64,000 nt of DNA from assembly GCA_964462685.1 (NCBI GenBank), contig CAYWYR010000002.1, forward strand, positions 68,609-132,608, written 5' to 3'. The stretch comes from an uncultured Hyphomicrobiales bacterium (GTDB lineage Bacteria > Bacteroidota > Ignavibacteria > Kapaibacteriales > UBA2268). The notes under the pieces are model-generated. The model saw nothing but the letters and a program-made list of their open reading frames with translations, did not search any database and had not been told where the DNA came from. The translations under genes were made by a program, and so were the position numbers. Positions 62,181 to 64,000 of the stretch are shown here, one piece after another (the stretch's first letter is position 1; each line of letters starts with the position of its first letter).

Positions 62181-62937
62181 TTTGTTAAGTAAAAATATTG
62201 ATCTGTAGATGTGCTACTGTAAAGCATACCTTTTTTTCCGTTAACTACAGTACTATCAAGAAGATGATGTTTGATTGAACAAATATAATATCTATCAGGT
62301 TCAAAATCGATTAAATCTTGAGATGTAAGACTTATTGTTCCATTATCAAGTGCAAAGAAAGTTTTGGATATTGATCCTTGTGGATCTAGTGAATCGTTAA
62401 TTCCAAATTCCCAGTTTAACAACCTGCCACTATCTAGAACTAAAGTAATATCACCATAGCCATGAGAACCTGTATAATCTAAATTGAAACCAGACTTAGA
62501 TACCGTATCGGTTTTAGATGGTGATGTAATTTTCAACCTAGTTGATTGTGTTTGCGATATTGTATGATTCATACCATCGTAGTCGTATAGATGCCAATTA
62601 ATATTAGTATTATGATAATTAGGGTTATCAGTTACATACCTATAAAATCCTTTGGTTGTGGACTTACTAAGTGGTAAATTATCATGAATTACACTGTCTA
62701 TATCTATAAAGCCCGCTATATCGGAAAAAACAGCTTGAAGTTGTAATCTATGATCAGAAAGTTGAGGATTACCCATTATCCAGTATTCATCGTGGGCAGA
62801 AGATATTAATGCAAAATCACCACCTAATGGTACATTAGCTTTTTTGTACTAAGCATATGACTTTCTTCATTTTCATCACAACTACACATCAATACTATCA
62901 TTGCAACTAAAATAAATATTTTTTTCTCACTTAACAT
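62177..62937 (-). CDS. Lipoprotein (paralog A), split at an A_AAA_AAG heptamer (62839-62845); a -1 shift gives 253 aa
   Basis: The leader MLSEKKIFILVAMIVLMCSCDENE... stops at TAG 62824-62826. The -1 frame continues ANVPLGGDFAL... into ORF 62177..62776. Confidence 0.75.
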
Positions 62938-63518
62938 GGGCAATCTCCTGGTACATATAAAGTACCGTCTGATAGTTTTACAATCATTGTTGGTAGTATA
63001 ATATTTACCCCACCACATGGTAAAATTACATTTACATAAGGCTCTGTATTCAACACCCTATAACCTACACATTCGGTTGTATTAGTAAAATTAGGATAGT
63101 CAGAATAATACATTTGTTGTAGAAAAAATTGAAAAGAAATATCAACTTCCATAGTAATGAATTTACTTTGACCTTTCAATTTAACAAATGGCAAATATTG
63201 AAGATCCTCTGGACATACATCTTCACCAAAAACAGGACTATTATAAGGTGCTTCAATATTTACCAAGTCTTTTTGAATAGCATTCGTTTTAACTTCTATC
63301 TGTAAATCTGGTGCATCACAAAATTTTTTGAATGAGGTATATTCTTGTCCTTCAAAAAGAGTGTGAAACTTTATATAATATTCATTTGTGCAACCATCTT
63401 CACGGCATTCTGATCCTGATGGACAACTACTTGCAATTAGAAATGGCAAGCATATAATCATCGCAAATACCAATTTTATTATCTTTATCATATAAATCCT
63501 TGATCGAATTTTTATCAC
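62931..63518 (-). CDS. Cys-rich lipoprotein
   Basis: Lipobox ASSC, then PSGSECREDGC; ends in GDCPC. Start probably at MIKIIK. Confidence 0.7.
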   Translation of the reverse strand: MIKIRSRIYMIKIIKLVFAMIICLPFLIASSCPSGSECREDGCTNEYYIKFHTLFEGQEYTSFKKFCDAPDLQIEVKTNAIQKDLVNIEAPYNSPVFGEDVCPEDLQYLPFVKLKGQSKFITMEVDISFQFFLQQMYYSDYPNFTNTTECVGYRVLNTEPYVNVILPCGGVNIILPTMIVKLSDGTLYVPGDCPC

Positions 63519-63560
63519 CCTGTAATATATACAATATATTTTAATGACAAACTTTATCTA

Positions 63561-64000
63561 TTACAATCGCCACTCCAGCATCATCTGATCGCCCACACCG
63601 CCTACTATTGAAGAAAGGCCAGACACGGATATACCCAGTAGCCTAACCGGGTATGGCGGCACTAGTGGATAGCGCAATAATCTTTTTGATACCTCGGCTA
63701 TTTTAAAGCTATCAGCTGTGGGTGTTGATATAGTAGAAGACCTGGTGTTTATATTAAAATCGCTTGATTTGATCTTGACAGTGATGGACTTGCCTTGTAA
63801 CCTGTGCCTTTTGAGACCCTTTGATACTTTTTCGGCAATCGCATCGAGTATCTGCTCCATAATATCGGGGTCGGTTATGTCATTTTGGAAAGTTCTTTCC
63901 GCGCCGAGTGATTTCCTGATACGGTCTGTCTGTACTGGATTGTAATATTCATCGTTGAGGATGTGATAGAAGAACGCACCGCGCTTTCCGAAGTATTTCT
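63561..64000 (-). CDS. dinB: DNA polymerase IV, C-terminal part; runs off the window end
   Basis: KYFGKRG...RIRKSLGAERTF...ITVKIKSSDF...TRS...VRLLGISVS (IMS C-terminal domain). Confidence 0.92.
   Translation of the reverse strand, partial: KYFGKRGAFFYHILNDEYYNPVQTDRIRKSLGAERTFQNDITDPDIMEQILDAIAEKVSKGLKRHRLQGKSITVKIKSSDFNINTRSSTISTPTADSFKIAEVSKRLLRYPLVPPYPVRLLGISVSGLSSIVGGVGDQMMLEWRL

Overview
Bacterial chromosomal segment, most likely from the FCB group. The evidence is TAnnTTTG-type promoters, a T9SS-type C-terminal sorting signal on PhoX, a SprE/PorW-like lipoprotein and a tmRNA tag AEDNYALAA; a Kapabacteria/Ignavibacteria-like organism is my inference only. Contents in order: a partial secreted HExxH protein; tmRNA followed by a decayed RHS polymorphic-toxin/immunity array (about 1.1-5.5 kb); PAP2, a fasciclin lipoprotein, PhoX, a di-haem peroxidase and VIT1; metabolic genes; a SiaB-SiaC-histidine kinase unit next to an N-terminally truncated clpB; signalling genes and a sigma54-cheRYZAB cluster; housekeeping genes (trxB, queG, tsaD, cinA, proS, ligA, ABC-F, frr-pyrH-tsf-rpsB-rpsI-rplM, gcvPA, murB, dinB); and an AT-rich lipoprotein cassette with its own Lgt-like gene between murB and dinB. 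The most interesting signals are (1) the Lgt-plus-lipoprotein cassette, in which one gene is split exactly at an A_AAA_AAG -1 frameshift heptamer, (2) a Sia module whose output is a histidine kinase instead of a diguanylate cyclase, (3) a LigA lacking all four zinc-finger cysteines, (4) a half ClpB at a probable breakpoint, and (5) a repeated, structured intergenic element upstream of phoX. All alignments, translations and GC counts were done by hand and no database searches were run. Several broken reading frames could be sequencing errors.
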